From a virus (lineage: Duplodnaviria > Heunggongvirae > Uroviricota > Caudoviricetes), in IMG/VR virus record IMGVR_UViG_2563366831_000011, positions 1 to 50,364 of that record: DNA of 50,364 bases; one strand, 5' to 3'. Both the position numbers and the translations under genes were made by a program. Below, one piece after another: positions 43,471-50,364 of this stretch. The notes below the pieces were generated by a model that was given only the letters and a program-made list of their open reading frames with translations, was not told the DNA's origin and did no database searches. How positions within the stretch are numbered: position 1 is the stretch's first letter; each line of letters begins with the position of its first letter.

Positions 43471-43551
43471 ATGGAAGAAGAATTTGAAGAGTTCGAAGAG
43501 CATCCTCAGGATGTGATGGAACAATACCAGGACTATCCGTATGACTATTGA
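43471..43551 (+). CDS. 26-aa highly acidic peptide
   Basis: GAGGTGAG SD. The product is MEEEFEEFEEHPQDVMEQYQDYPYDY. Confidence 0.35.
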   Translation: MEEEFEEFEEHPQDVMEQYQDYPYDY

Positions 43552-43766
43552 TACAAATCAATGGTGTGGACAATACGAACGACGGCAATGATTGCCAGAG
43601 AACTTGGTAAACAGAATAACAAGGCTGCCTGATGGTGGCCTTTATTTTTGGCATAAACAACAGAATAAACACTGCACTGTGTATTCATTCCAACGAGTGA
43701 ATACACGGAGCAATGTCGCTCGTAACTAAACAGGAGCCGACTTGTTCTGATTATTGGAAATCTTCT

Positions 43767-43795
43767 TTGCCCTCCAGTGTGAGGGCAATTTTTTT
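43767..43795 (+). terminator. Strong rho-independent terminator in the pL operon (tL-like)
   Basis: TTGCCCTC-CAGTGT-GAGGGCAA-TTTTTTT. A weaker terminator-like hairpin lies at about 43622-43650. Confidence 0.8.
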
Positions 43796-43807
43796 GACGG
43801 AGGATAT

Positions 43808-44776
43808 ATGAGTGAAGTAACAGATTTAGTTGTTATTGAAAAAGCAAATGCAATGACTGTATTTCAGTCTGCCGACCAGATTGAAGAAATCCTTCAAAAG
43901 GTTGAACGTGAAGTTATGTCCTTTGTGCCTGATATCACAACGGCAAAGGGCAGAAAGGAGATCGCTTCTCTGGCGTATAAAGTTGCGCAGACGAAAACAT
44001 ATCTCGATGGTCTTGGCAAAGACCTTGTTGCTGAACTGAAGGAAATTCCAAAGCTAATTGATGCTAACCGCAAGACAGTGCGCGATCGCCTTGATGAACT
44101 GAAAGCCAAGGCGCGCCAGCCTCTTACTGATTATGAGGAAGAACAGGCGCGGATTAAAGCCGAAGAAGAAGCTAAGGCAGCAGCTGAAGCTCTCGCAAAG
44201 CAAATTGAGTCTGACCATGAAATAGCTATTTTGATGGATCGCGAATTTGACCGCCAAAGAGAAGAGGCAAGACTCAAAGCGGAGCAGGAAAAGCGAGAGC
44301 ATGAAGAACGCTTAAAAAGAGAAGCTGAAGAGAAAGCCAGAGCAGAAGCCGAAGCAAAGGCAAAAGCCGAAATTGAAGCAGCAGCAAGGCGAGAAGCAGA
44401 AGCTAAGGCCGCAGCGGAACGTGCAGAGCGTGAACGCATTGAAGCCGAGCAGCGAGCACAGCGCGAAGCAAAAGAGGCAGCAGAACGAGCTGAAAGAGAA
44501 AAGCAGGCAGCAATTGAAGCAGAACGCAGAAAAGCACAGGAGGAGGCTGAACGAATCCGTCGCGATGCTGAAGCAAAAGAGCAAGCCAGAATAGCAGAAG
44601 AAAAAAGAATCAAGGAAGAAGAAGAGCGTAGAGCAAAGGATAAAGCTCACCGGAAAGAAGTAAATAACAAAATACTTGCTGACCTTATCAAGGTTGGTGC
44701 ATCAGAAGATGTTGCTAAAAATATCATAACAGCCATCGTAAAAGGCGAAGTATTCGCAACAAAAATAACCTACTAA
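43808..44776 (+). CDS. 322-aa protein with a long Glu/Ala/Lys/Arg coiled coil (TolA-like composition)
   Basis: GGAGGA SD. The N-terminal roughly 120 aa are globular (MSEVTDLVVIEKANAMTVFQSADQIEEILQK...). The centre is a low-complexity charged helix. Confidence 0.6.
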   Translation: MSEVTDLVVIEKANAMTVFQSADQIEEILQKVEREVMSFVPDITTAKGRKEIASLAYKVAQTKTYLDGLGKDLVAELKEIPKLIDANRKTVRDRLDELKAKARQPLTDYEEEQARIKAEEEAKAAAEALAKQIESDHEIAILMDREFDRQREEARLKAEQEKREHEERLKREAEEKARAEAEAKAKAEIEAAARREAEAKAAAERAERERIEAEQRAQREAKEAAERAEREKQAAIEAERRKAQEEAERIRRDAEAKEQARIAEEKRIKEEEERRAKDKAHRKEVNNKILADLIKVGASEDVAKNIITAIVKGEVFATKITY

Positions 44777-44800
44777 TAAAACCAACATAAGGAACCACCC

Positions 44801-44932
44801 ATGATTTACGCAATCGCGGGAGGCGCTCGCATGGGTGCCTTCCAACTAAATGAATCTTTACTTGAACGAATCACCCGTAAATTACGTGACGGATGGAAAA
44901 GAGTTGAGGTCTTATTATGCGCAATGAAATAG
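44801..44932 (+). CDS. cIII: CIII (FtsH inhibitor), short variant
   Basis: 43 aa. ...ESLLERITRKLRDGWKR matches the lambda CIII core. Confidence 0.75.
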   Translation: MIYAIAGGARMGAFQLNESLLERITRKLRDGWKRVEVLLCAMK

Positions 44933-45069
44933 CCATAAATCATCAGATGCTTCGTGCTGCACAAAACAAAGCAGTAATAGCCAGATTTATTGGTGATTCC
45001 AAAATGTGGTTTGAAGCAAATAAAGCGATGAAATCAGCTATCAACCTTCCGTGGTATCGCAGGAAATGA
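44917..45069 (+). CDS. kil: Kil-like host division inhibitor
   Basis: 50 aa. KAVIARFIGDSKMWFEANKAMKSA parallels lambda Kil TIATFIGDEKMFREAVDAYKKW. Confidence 0.55.
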   Translation: MRNEIAINHQMLRAAQNKAVIARFIGDSKMWFEANKAMKSAINLPWYRRK

Positions 45070-45144
45070 GTTTTACAGATAACTGGTCAGACGAAGAATT
45101 CATTCGTCAGATGAAAGATTTAATCGGTAACGAAGGAGATATTC

Positions 45145-45315
45145 ATGTCACTTGCAACCACAGTGAAGGAGAGCAAGTTACAGAGACGCATGTACACGCA
45201 GAAAGCTCTCTGGTATCGCCATAATGGTGACCGCGAAGGAATGCGGGTATGCCTTAATTTGTCCCGAGTCGAAGTATTAAATCAGCGTTATTTCCTTGGG
45301 CCGTGTCCATTCTGA
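45145..45315 (+). CDS. 56-aa hypothetical protein (arf position between kil and erf)
   Basis: AAGGAG SD. The product starts MSLATTVKESKLQRRMYTQKALWYRHNGDREGMRVCLNL.... It competes with an overlapping 52-aa ORF at 45066-45224. Confidence 0.35.
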   Translation: MSLATTVKESKLQRRMYTQKALWYRHNGDREGMRVCLNLSRVEVLNQRYFLGPCPF

Positions 45316-45325
45316 GATCAAACAT

Positions 45326-45931
45326 ATGAGCAAAGAATTTTATGCAAGGCTGGCAGCCATTCAGGAGAATCTGAACGCGCCAAAGAATCAGTACAACTCA
45401 TTCGGTAAATATAAATACAGAAGCTGCGAAGACATTCTTGAAGGCGTTAAGCCGTTACTGAATGGTCTGTTTTTATCAATCAGCGATGAAGTTGTGTTGA
45501 TTGGTGATCGGTATTACGTGAAAGCCACGGCAACTATTACCGATGGCGAAAACAGTCATACGGCAACCGCTCTTGCACGAGAGGAAGAAAGCAAGAAAGG
45601 AATGGATTCTGCACAAGTTACGGGAGCTACAAGCTCTTATGCACGCAAGTATTGCCTCAATGGTTTGTTCGGCATTGATGATGCGAAAGATGCAGATACC
45701 GACGAGCATAAACATCAGCAGAACGCAGCAGCAAAGCAATCAAAACCATCACCTACACCTGAACAGGTTCTAAAAGCATTCACTGACGCAGCAATGCAGA
45801 AAAACACCGTAGAAGAGCTTAAACAGGCGTTCGCCAAAGCGTGGAAGATGCTCGAAGGCACACCGGAGCAGCACAAAGCGCAGGACGTTTACAACATCAG
45901 ACGAGACGAATTAGAAGGAGCGGCTGCTTAA
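45326..45931 (+). CDS. erf: ERF-family single-strand annealing protein
   Basis: 201 aa from MSKEFYARLAAIQENLNAPKNQYNSFGKYKYRSCEDILEGVKPLL. ...GATSSYARKYCLNGLFGIDD is the ERF signature as I recall it. Confidence 0.75.
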   Translation: MSKEFYARLAAIQENLNAPKNQYNSFGKYKYRSCEDILEGVKPLLNGLFLSISDEVVLIGDRYYVKATATITDGENSHTATALAREEESKKGMDSAQVTGATSSYARKYCLNGLFGIDDAKDADTDEHKHQQNAAAKQSKPSPTPEQVLKAFTDAAMQKNTVEELKQAFAKAWKMLEGTPEQHKAQDVYNIRRDELEGAAA

Positions 45932-46314
45932 TGGCACATTCGATTACTGTAAGACTAAACAAGCCCGCAAGAGAGTTTCAGACCGGGGAAAATATCGGAT
46001 TCAACATCCGTGCTGGCGTTCAGTATTACGATCGCCAGACAAAAAAGAAAGAATGGACAAACTACAGCGCCGTTGTATTTGCCAAGCCGGGAGCGCAAGC
46101 GGATTACTATCGTAGCGTTCTGGTTGAAGGAGGCATTGTAGAAATTACCGGAGAAAACATCAGGGTTGATGTTTATCAGGGGCAAAATGGTCAATCAATC
46201 ACTCTTGAATTACTGAATGCAAAGATTGGATTTGCAACTTCAGGAAACAGCCAACAGCAGCAAAGTAGCAATCATCAAAATCATCCTGAATACGACGATT
46301 CAATTCCCTTCTAG
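45931..46314 (+). CDS. ssb: Phage single-stranded DNA-binding protein
   Basis: 127 aa with an OB-fold-like N-part, a Gln-rich linker and an acidic C-terminal tip DDSIPF (compare SSB DDDIPF). The start overlaps the erf stop (TAATG). Confidence 0.7.
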   Translation: MAHSITVRLNKPAREFQTGENIGFNIRAGVQYYDRQTKKKEWTNYSAVVFAKPGAQADYYRSVLVEGGIVEITGENIRVDVYQGQNGQSITLELLNAKIGFATSGNSQQQQSSNHQNHPEYDDSIPF

Positions 46315-46337
46315 ATTAGCAAAATAAGGATTCCATT

Positions 46338-46631
46338 ATGCCAGCGCCTCTGTATGGTGCGGATGACCCGCGCCGCTGTTCCGGCAATTCCGTATCGGAG
46401 GTGCTGGATAAATTCAGAAAAAACTACGATCGGATAATGTCGCTACCGCAGGAAACGAAAGAGGAAAAGGAATTTCGTCACTGTATATGGCTTGCAGAGA
46501 AAGAAGAACGCGAGCGAATTTACCAGACATCAATCCGACCATTCCGCAAAGCCACATATACCCACTTCCCTGAAATTGACCCGCGCCTGCGTAATTACCG
46601 CTCACGCTATGGCGCTATCAGTAATGACTGA
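46338..46631 (+). CDS. abc2: Anti-RecBCD protein Abc2 (P22-type)
   Basis: 97 aa. MPAPLYGADDPRRCSGNSVSEVLDKFRKNYD... matches my recollection of P22 Abc2. It lies next to erf. Confidence 0.6.
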   Translation: MPAPLYGADDPRRCSGNSVSEVLDKFRKNYDRIMSLPQETKEEKEFRHCIWLAEKEERERIYQTSIRPFRKATYTHFPEIDPRLRNYRSRYGAISND

Positions 46632-46641
46632 GGAATTAACA

Positions 46642-46932
46642 ATGAAAACAATGAAGCTGAACATCGACCTCGGAAAATACGTTATTACCGGAACCAAACA
46701 CGACCTGATTCTTAGCGAAAGAGGAATTATCAAAGAAGGTGAGAATGCAGGGAAAGAAACACTAAGCCGTATCGGTTATTACAGCAAGTTTGAGCATCTG
46801 GTTAAAGAGTTATGTAACCGTGAAATCCTGTTATCTCAGGCGCAGACGCTACAGGATATTCAGCAGCATATCGAAACTTTAGGTATGTCACTTAGCATGG
46901 CTATTGACCAGTTCGTGGAGAGTAAATCATGA
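46642..46932 (+). CDS. 96-aa hypothetical early protein
   Basis: GAGGAA SD. The product starts [28 protein letters not shown].... Confidence 0.5.
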   Translation: MKTMKLNIDLGKYVITGTKHDLILSERGIIKEGENAGKETLSRIGYYSKFEHLVKELCNREILLSQAQTLQDIQQHIETLGMSLSMAIDQFVESKS

Positions 46933-47096
46933 GAGGACTTGCATACAATCCCGGCATTCTTCCGGCAGAAATGATTATTCGCCAACGCGTAAAGCCAATG
47001 CCATCGAGAGAGGAATTGCTTAAGAGAAAGAGTTTCGGTTCTGTTAATGACAACAAATATCTGAATGCGATGTTGCGCAAAGGAGGCAACCGGTGA
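46929..47096 (+). CDS. 55-aa hypothetical protein
   Basis: The start is coupled to the upstream stop through an ATGA overlap. The product starts [37 protein letters not shown].... Confidence 0.4.
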   Translation: MRGLAYNPGILPAEMIIRQRVKPMPSREELLKRKSFGSVNDNKYLNAMLRKGGNR

Positions 47097-47176
47097 CTGG
47101 ACATGCAGCGATCCTCGACATGTGCTGTGGCAGCCGCATGTTCTGGTTAGATAAGAATGACGAACGGGCGAGATAA
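47093..47176 (+). pseudogene. N-terminal 27-codon remnant of a phage DNA methyltransferase
   Basis: [27 protein letters not shown]-stop. LDMCCGSRMFW resembles the SAM-binding start of prophage methyltransferases (YfdM-like). It is truncated where the low-GC cargo begins. Confidence 0.5.
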
Positions 47177-47226
47177 GCGATCGGTTAAGTGCTATAGTAA
47201 TGCGCTTTTGTATTTATGGAGTGAAT

Positions 47227-47925
47227 ATGAAAAATATCCTACTGGCATCATTGTTAGTGGCATCGCCGGGTGCATTTGCAGCCAGCTTTGACTGCCAAAA
47301 GGCTTCGACAGCAATCGAACATAAAATCTGCGATAACGAACGTCTGTCAAAATTAGACGAACAGCTTAGCTCTGCCTATTCTAGTGCCCTCAAAGAAAAC
47401 CCAGAGAACGCAGACACCCTAAAAATGGTTCAACGTCAGTGGGTAAATATGCGTGGAAAACTCACTGATAATAAGGCTCTGGAGCTGGCTTATCTTATCC
47501 AAATTAATGGCCTCAAAGGTTTGGGGAGTTCAGTCAGCGTAACAGCGGCCAATGAGATACCCACGTCGACGCAGAAACATTCTGAAGAGCAGGAAGAAAC
47601 AAGTAAGGCAGAAGTTAAGTCGGTCAAGAACGGCAATAAGCTAACCTTAGAGTCATTCCGAGCTAAATATGTAGAAGTAGATGGTGAGTATTACAGCACG
47701 ACATCCATTCCTAGAGGCAGTTCGTTCTTGTTCACTTGCGCCAGTCGTATTGCTGATGACCAAGTGAATGTTTGGAAGAAACATGCAGCCAAAGAGGGCA
47801 AAATCGACCTATTCTTTGAGGTTGAGAATCACTTACACACTGCTATGTTGAACGCCAATTTCCAGAAGTTGAATTCAGACCCTGCCAAAAGAGGTATTTG
47901 TAATCTGATTAACGCAGTGCCGTAA
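47227..47925 (+). CDS. Secreted protein with an N-terminal DUF1311 (LprI-like) segment; moron
   Basis: 232 aa with the signal peptide MKNILLASLLVASPGAFA. FDCQKASTAIEHKICDNERLSKLDEQLSSAYSSAL...QRQWVNMR is the DUF1311 pattern. It is AT-rich and has its own terminator. Confidence 0.65.
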   Translation: MKNILLASLLVASPGAFAASFDCQKASTAIEHKICDNERLSKLDEQLSSAYSSALKENPENADTLKMVQRQWVNMRGKLTDNKALELAYLIQINGLKGLGSSVSVTAANEIPTSTQKHSEEQEETSKAEVKSVKNGNKLTLESFRAKYVEVDGEYYSTTSIPRGSSFLFTCASRIADDQVNVWKKHAAKEGKIDLFFEVENHLHTAMLNANFQKLNSDPAKRGICNLINAVP

Positions 47926-47932
47926 GTAAATT

Positions 47933-47964
47933 TAGGGCCACAGTTGTGGCCTTAAATATTTTTT
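47933..47964 (+). terminator. Rho-independent terminator after the DUF1311 gene
   Basis: GGCCAC-AGTT-GTGGCC followed by TTAAATATTTTTT. Confidence 0.7.
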
Positions 47965-48161
47965 CAGCCTTTTCTTATTTGTAATAAGCAGTACTTAGTA
48001 GTGCTTATAAAACAGAATAAAAAACATATGACTTTGGCGATTACCCAGTAAAGATATTCGAAATAAATGTAAATATCGGCAATGAATAACAATCCTCGCA
48101 TTCGCGGGGATTTCTTTTATCTGAACTCGCTACGGCGGGTTTTGTTTTATGGAGATGATAA

Positions 48162-48329
48162 ATGCACTTCCGAGTCACAGGTGAATGGAATGGAGAGCCA
48201 TTCGACAGGGTTATCGAAGCAGAGGACATCAACGACTGCTATAACCACTGGATGATATGGGCGCAGATAGCGCATGCAGACGTAACCAATATTCGAATTG
48301 AAGAACTGAAAGAACACCAAGCCGCCTGA
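48162..48329 (+). CDS. 55-aa hypothetical protein upstream of torI (below the ORF-track cutoff)
   Basis: GGAG SD. The product is MHFRVTGEWNGEPFDRVIEAEDINDCYNHWMIWAQIAHADVTNIRIEELKEHQAA. It resembles my vague recollection of the K-12 KplE1 gene next to torI, so I do not assert a symbol. Confidence 0.5.
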   Translation: MHFRVTGEWNGEPFDRVIEAEDINDCYNHWMIWAQIAHADVTNIRIEELKEHQAA

Positions 48330-48342
48330 TGGCGGTTTTTTA
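48321..48342 (+). terminator. Rho-independent terminator
   Basis: CCGCC-TGAT-GGCGG-TTTTTTATT. Confidence 0.75.
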
Positions 48343-48351
48343 TTGCCTGAT

Positions 48352-48367
48352 TTGCAGGTTCGATTCC
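48352..48367. repeat. 16-nt fragment identical to argW positions 1054-1069 (T-arm region)
   Basis: TTGCAGGTTCGATTCC is an exact match. Together with 48661-48675 it reconstitutes 30 contiguous nt of the tRNA 3' half. Confidence 0.85.
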
Positions 48368-48386
48368 CTATTCGGAGATAGCACTC

Positions 48387-48587
48387 ATGCAACACGAACT
48401 ACAGCCTGATTCACTGGTTGATTTGAAATTCATCATGGCCGATACTGGCTTCGGTAAAACCTTCATCTACGACCGGATTAAGTCCGGCGACCTGCCAAAA
48501 GCCAAAGTTATCCACGGACGAGCAAGATGGTTATATCGTGACCATTGTGAATTCAAAAATAAGCTCTTAAGCCGCGCTAATGGGTAA
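48387..48587 (+). CDS. torI: TorI: KplE1-type excisionase (recombination directionality factor) and Tor response-regulator inhibitor
   Basis: 66 aa. MQHELQPDSLVDLKFIMADTGFGKTFIYDRIKSGDLPKAKVIHGRARWLYRDHCEFKNKLLSRANG matches E. coli TorI as I recall it (AlpA/Xis-type winged helix). Confidence 0.85.
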   Translation: MQHELQPDSLVDLKFIMADTGFGKTFIYDRIKSGDLPKAKVIHGRARWLYRDHCEFKNKLLSRANG

Positions 48588-48601
48588 AATAGCGGGTAAA
48601 A
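48582..48601. promoter_or_regulatory. Two direct GGGTAAAA octamers at the attR arm
   Basis: Copies at 48582-48589 and 48594-48601. The first overlaps the torI stop codon. The same octamer occurs three times at attL. Confidence 0.45.
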
Positions 48602-48660
48602 TATTTCTCACATCTAAAAAATATCATTCCAATCAACCCCCTGCCGCGCCAAGTAGATGT

Positions 48661-48675
48661 CTGCAGGGGACACCA
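48661..48675. repeat. attR core (CTGCAGGGGACACCA)
   Basis: Exact copy of 1069-1083. This is the displaced original 3' end of argW. Confidence 0.85.
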
Positions 48676-49116
48676 GATACCCTTCAAACGAAATCTACCT
48701 TCACCCCGTAAAAGATGGGTTTGGCAGCACACTTGCCTTATATCTACTCATTTTTACTGCAACAGGTTGAAATCTCAGCACTGTCAGAAAGCGCTGATGA
48801 CTAAACAGCCCTGGGCCGGGCGATGTAACCATCACACAGAATCCTGATAGCGAAATATGGCGTGACTCGATACTTCACTCCGCAATGCATTCCTTGATGA
48901 ATTCGCAGGACCGTGATACACGGGACAGGTCACTGAATGACGACAATGTCCTGGAAATCAGCGAACCGCGCATCTGAAGTACATTTGAGCGACTGTACCA
49001 GAACATGAATGAGGCGTTTGGATTAGGCGATTATTAGCAGGGCTAAGCATTTTACTATTATTATTTTCCGGTTGAGGGATATAGAGCTATCGACAACAAC
49101 CGGAAAAAGTTTACGT

Positions 49117-50364
49117 CTATATTGCTGAAGGTACAGGCGTTTCCATAACTATTTGCTCGCGTTTTTTACTCAAGAAGAAAATGCCAAATAGCAACATCAG
49201 GCAGACAATACCCGAAATTGCGAAGAAAACTGTCTGGTAGCCTGCGTGGTCAAAGAGTATCCCAGTCGGCGTTGAAAGCAGCACAATCCCAAGCGAACTG
49301 GCAATTTGAAAACCAATCAGAAAGATCGTCGACGACAGGCGCTTATCAAAGTTTGCCACGCTGTATTTGAAGACGGATATGACACAAAGTGGAACCTCAA
49401 TGGCATGTAACAACTTCACTAATGAAATAATCCAGGGGTTAACGAACAGCGCGCAGGAAAGGATACGCAACGCCATAATCACAACTCCGATAAGTAATGC
49501 ATTTTTTGGCCCTACCCGATTCACAAAGAAAGGAATAATCGCCATGCACAGCGCTTCGAGTACCACCTGGAATGAGTTGAGATAACCATACAGGCGCGTT
49601 CCTACATCGTGTGATTCGAATAAACCTGCATAAAAGACAGGAAAAAGTTGTTGATCAAAAATGTTATAGAAAGACCACGTCCCCACAATAAATATGACGA
49701 AAACCCAGAAGTTTCGATCCTTGAAAACTGCGATAAAATCCTCTTTTTTTACCCCTCCCGCATCTGCCGCTACGCACTGGTGATCCTTATCTTTAAAACG
49801 CATGTTGATCATCATAAATACAGCGCCAAATAGCGAGACCAACCAGAAGTTGATATGGGGACTGATACTAAAAAATATGCCGGCAAAGAACGCGCCAATA
49901 GCATAGCCAAAAGATCCCCAGGCGCGCGCTGTTCCATATTCGAAATGAAAATTTCGCGCCATTTTTTCGGTGAAGCTATCAAGCAAACCGCATCCCGCCA
50001 GATACCCCAAGCCAAAAAATAGCGCCCCCAGAATTAGACCTACAGAAAAATTGCTTTGCAGTAACGGTTCATAAACGTAAATCATAAACGGTCCGGTCAA
50101 GACCAGGATGAAACTCATACACCAGATGAGCGGTTTCTTCAGACCGAGTTTATCCTGAACGATGCCGTAGAACATCATAAATAGAATGCTGGTAAACTGG
50201 TTGACCGAATAAAGTGTACCTAATTCCGTCCCTGTCAACCCTAGATGTCCTTTCAGCCAAATAGCGTATAACGACCACCACAGCGACCAGGAAATAAAAA
50301 AGAGAAATGAGTAACTGGATGCAAAACGATAGTACGCATTTCTGAATGGAATATTCAGTGCCAT
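49117..50364 (-). CDS. cscB: Sucrose:H+ symporter CscB (LacY/oligosaccharide:H+ symporter family)
   Basis: 415 aa and complete, with its ATG at the window edge. MALNIPFRNAYYRFASSYSFLFFISWSLWWSLYAIWLKGHLGL... matches E. coli CscB as I recall it. The csc locus is known to lie next to argW. Confidence 0.9.
   Translation of the reverse strand: MALNIPFRNAYYRFASSYSFLFFISWSLWWSLYAIWLKGHLGLTGTELGTLYSVNQFTSILFMMFYGIVQDKLGLKKPLIWCMSFILVLTGPFMIYVYEPLLQSNFSVGLILGALFFGLGYLAGCGLLDSFTEKMARNFHFEYGTARAWGSFGYAIGAFFAGIFFSISPHINFWLVSLFGAVFMMINMRFKDKDHQCVAADAGGVKKEDFIAVFKDRNFWVFVIFIVGTWSFYNIFDQQLFPVFYAGLFESHDVGTRLYGYLNSFQVVLEALCMAIIPFFVNRVGPKNALLIGVVIMALRILSCALFVNPWIISLVKLLHAIEVPLCVISVFKYSVANFDKRLSSTIFLIGFQIASSLGIVLLSTPTGILFDHAGYQTVFFAISGIVCLMLLFGIFFLSKKREQIVMETPVPSAI

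Noticed and set aside
43292-43672. A 126-aa minus-strand ORF downstream of N.
   Set aside because: It runs against the pL operon, has no SD, spans a terminator-like hairpin, and overlaps two plus-strand mini-ORFs that each have the SD GAGGTGAG.
44131-44613. Long minus-strand ORFs (160, 112 and 82 aa) inside the 322-aa coiled-coil gene.
   Set aside because: These are low-complexity Ser/Ala/Cys/Phe translations of the antisense of a GAA/GCA/AAA-rich gene. They oppose the pL operon direction and have no start signals.
45066-45224. A 52-aa ORF (MSFTDNWSDEEFIRQMKDLIGNEGDIH...) ATGA-coupled to kil, overlapping the 56-aa ORF that I listed.
   Set aside because: This is not firmly rejected. The two frames overlap by about 80 nt and only one is likely to be real. 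I listed the one with the AAGGAG SD. Ribo-seq or homologue conservation is needed.
49064-49107. An 11-bp inverted repeat (TTTTCCGGTTG ... CAACCGGAAAA, 22-nt spacer) just downstream of cscB, as a possible terminator.
   Set aside because: There is no U-tract following the stem on the cscB (minus) strand, so the call is uncertain and I did not list it as a feature.

Overview
This window is an E. coli-type chromosomal segment. It runs yfdC, then tRNA-Arg(CCU) argW, then a roughly 47.6-kb prophage (about 1069-48675), then a short host spacer, then the sucrose permease gene cscB on the minus strand.

The prophage is bounded by a 15-nt direct repeat, CTGCAGGGGACACCA. The left copy is the 3' end of argW at 1069-1083 and the right copy is at 48661-48675. 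The prophage is a strong mosaic with these modules:
- A KplE1/CPS-53-type recombination module, with intS at the attL end and torI at the attR end.
- A lambda immunity region: cI, cro, OR1-3, OL1-3/pL, nutL/nutR, N, cII, cIII and kil.
- P22-like recombination genes (erf, ssb, abc2).
- A P22-like replication pair: an initiator with internal iterons and a DnaB-type helicase.
- Lambda nin genes.
- A non-lambda Q, followed by two phage tRNAs (Thr, Asn).
- Lambda S/R plus Rz/Rz1.
- A long minus-strand late operon for a contractile-tail virion: TerS, TerL, portal, MuF-like protein, scaffold, capsid, sheath, tube, tape measure, baseplate, and a multi-gene host-range cluster.

Cargo and odd features, in my order of interest:
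1. A single NYN/LabA-like predicted RNase with a basic tail sits exactly where lambda carries rexAB, behind its own promoter-like element and a hairpin/U-tract leader.
2. A bicistron with a near-consensus LexA box (a 79-aa protein plus a pre-processed UmuD'-like protein, with no UmuC gene) lies inside the tail-fibre cluster.
3. Two rha cassettes share a conserved structured leader of about 140 nt.
4. A P22 immI-like mnt/arc/ant module and a low-GC lipoprotein gene interrupt the baseplate genes.
5. Two tail-fibre proteins carry paralogous glycine-rich C-terminal modules, next to an SGNH-esterase spike and a LamG-like protein.
6. Thirty contiguous nucleotides of the argW 3' half are split around torI.
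7. Iteron-like and perfect palindromes and an antisense mini-ORF lie in a 550-bp non-coding gap upstream of the packaging genes.

All functional calls come from reading the translations and from my recall of protein families. No database search or folding calculation was run.
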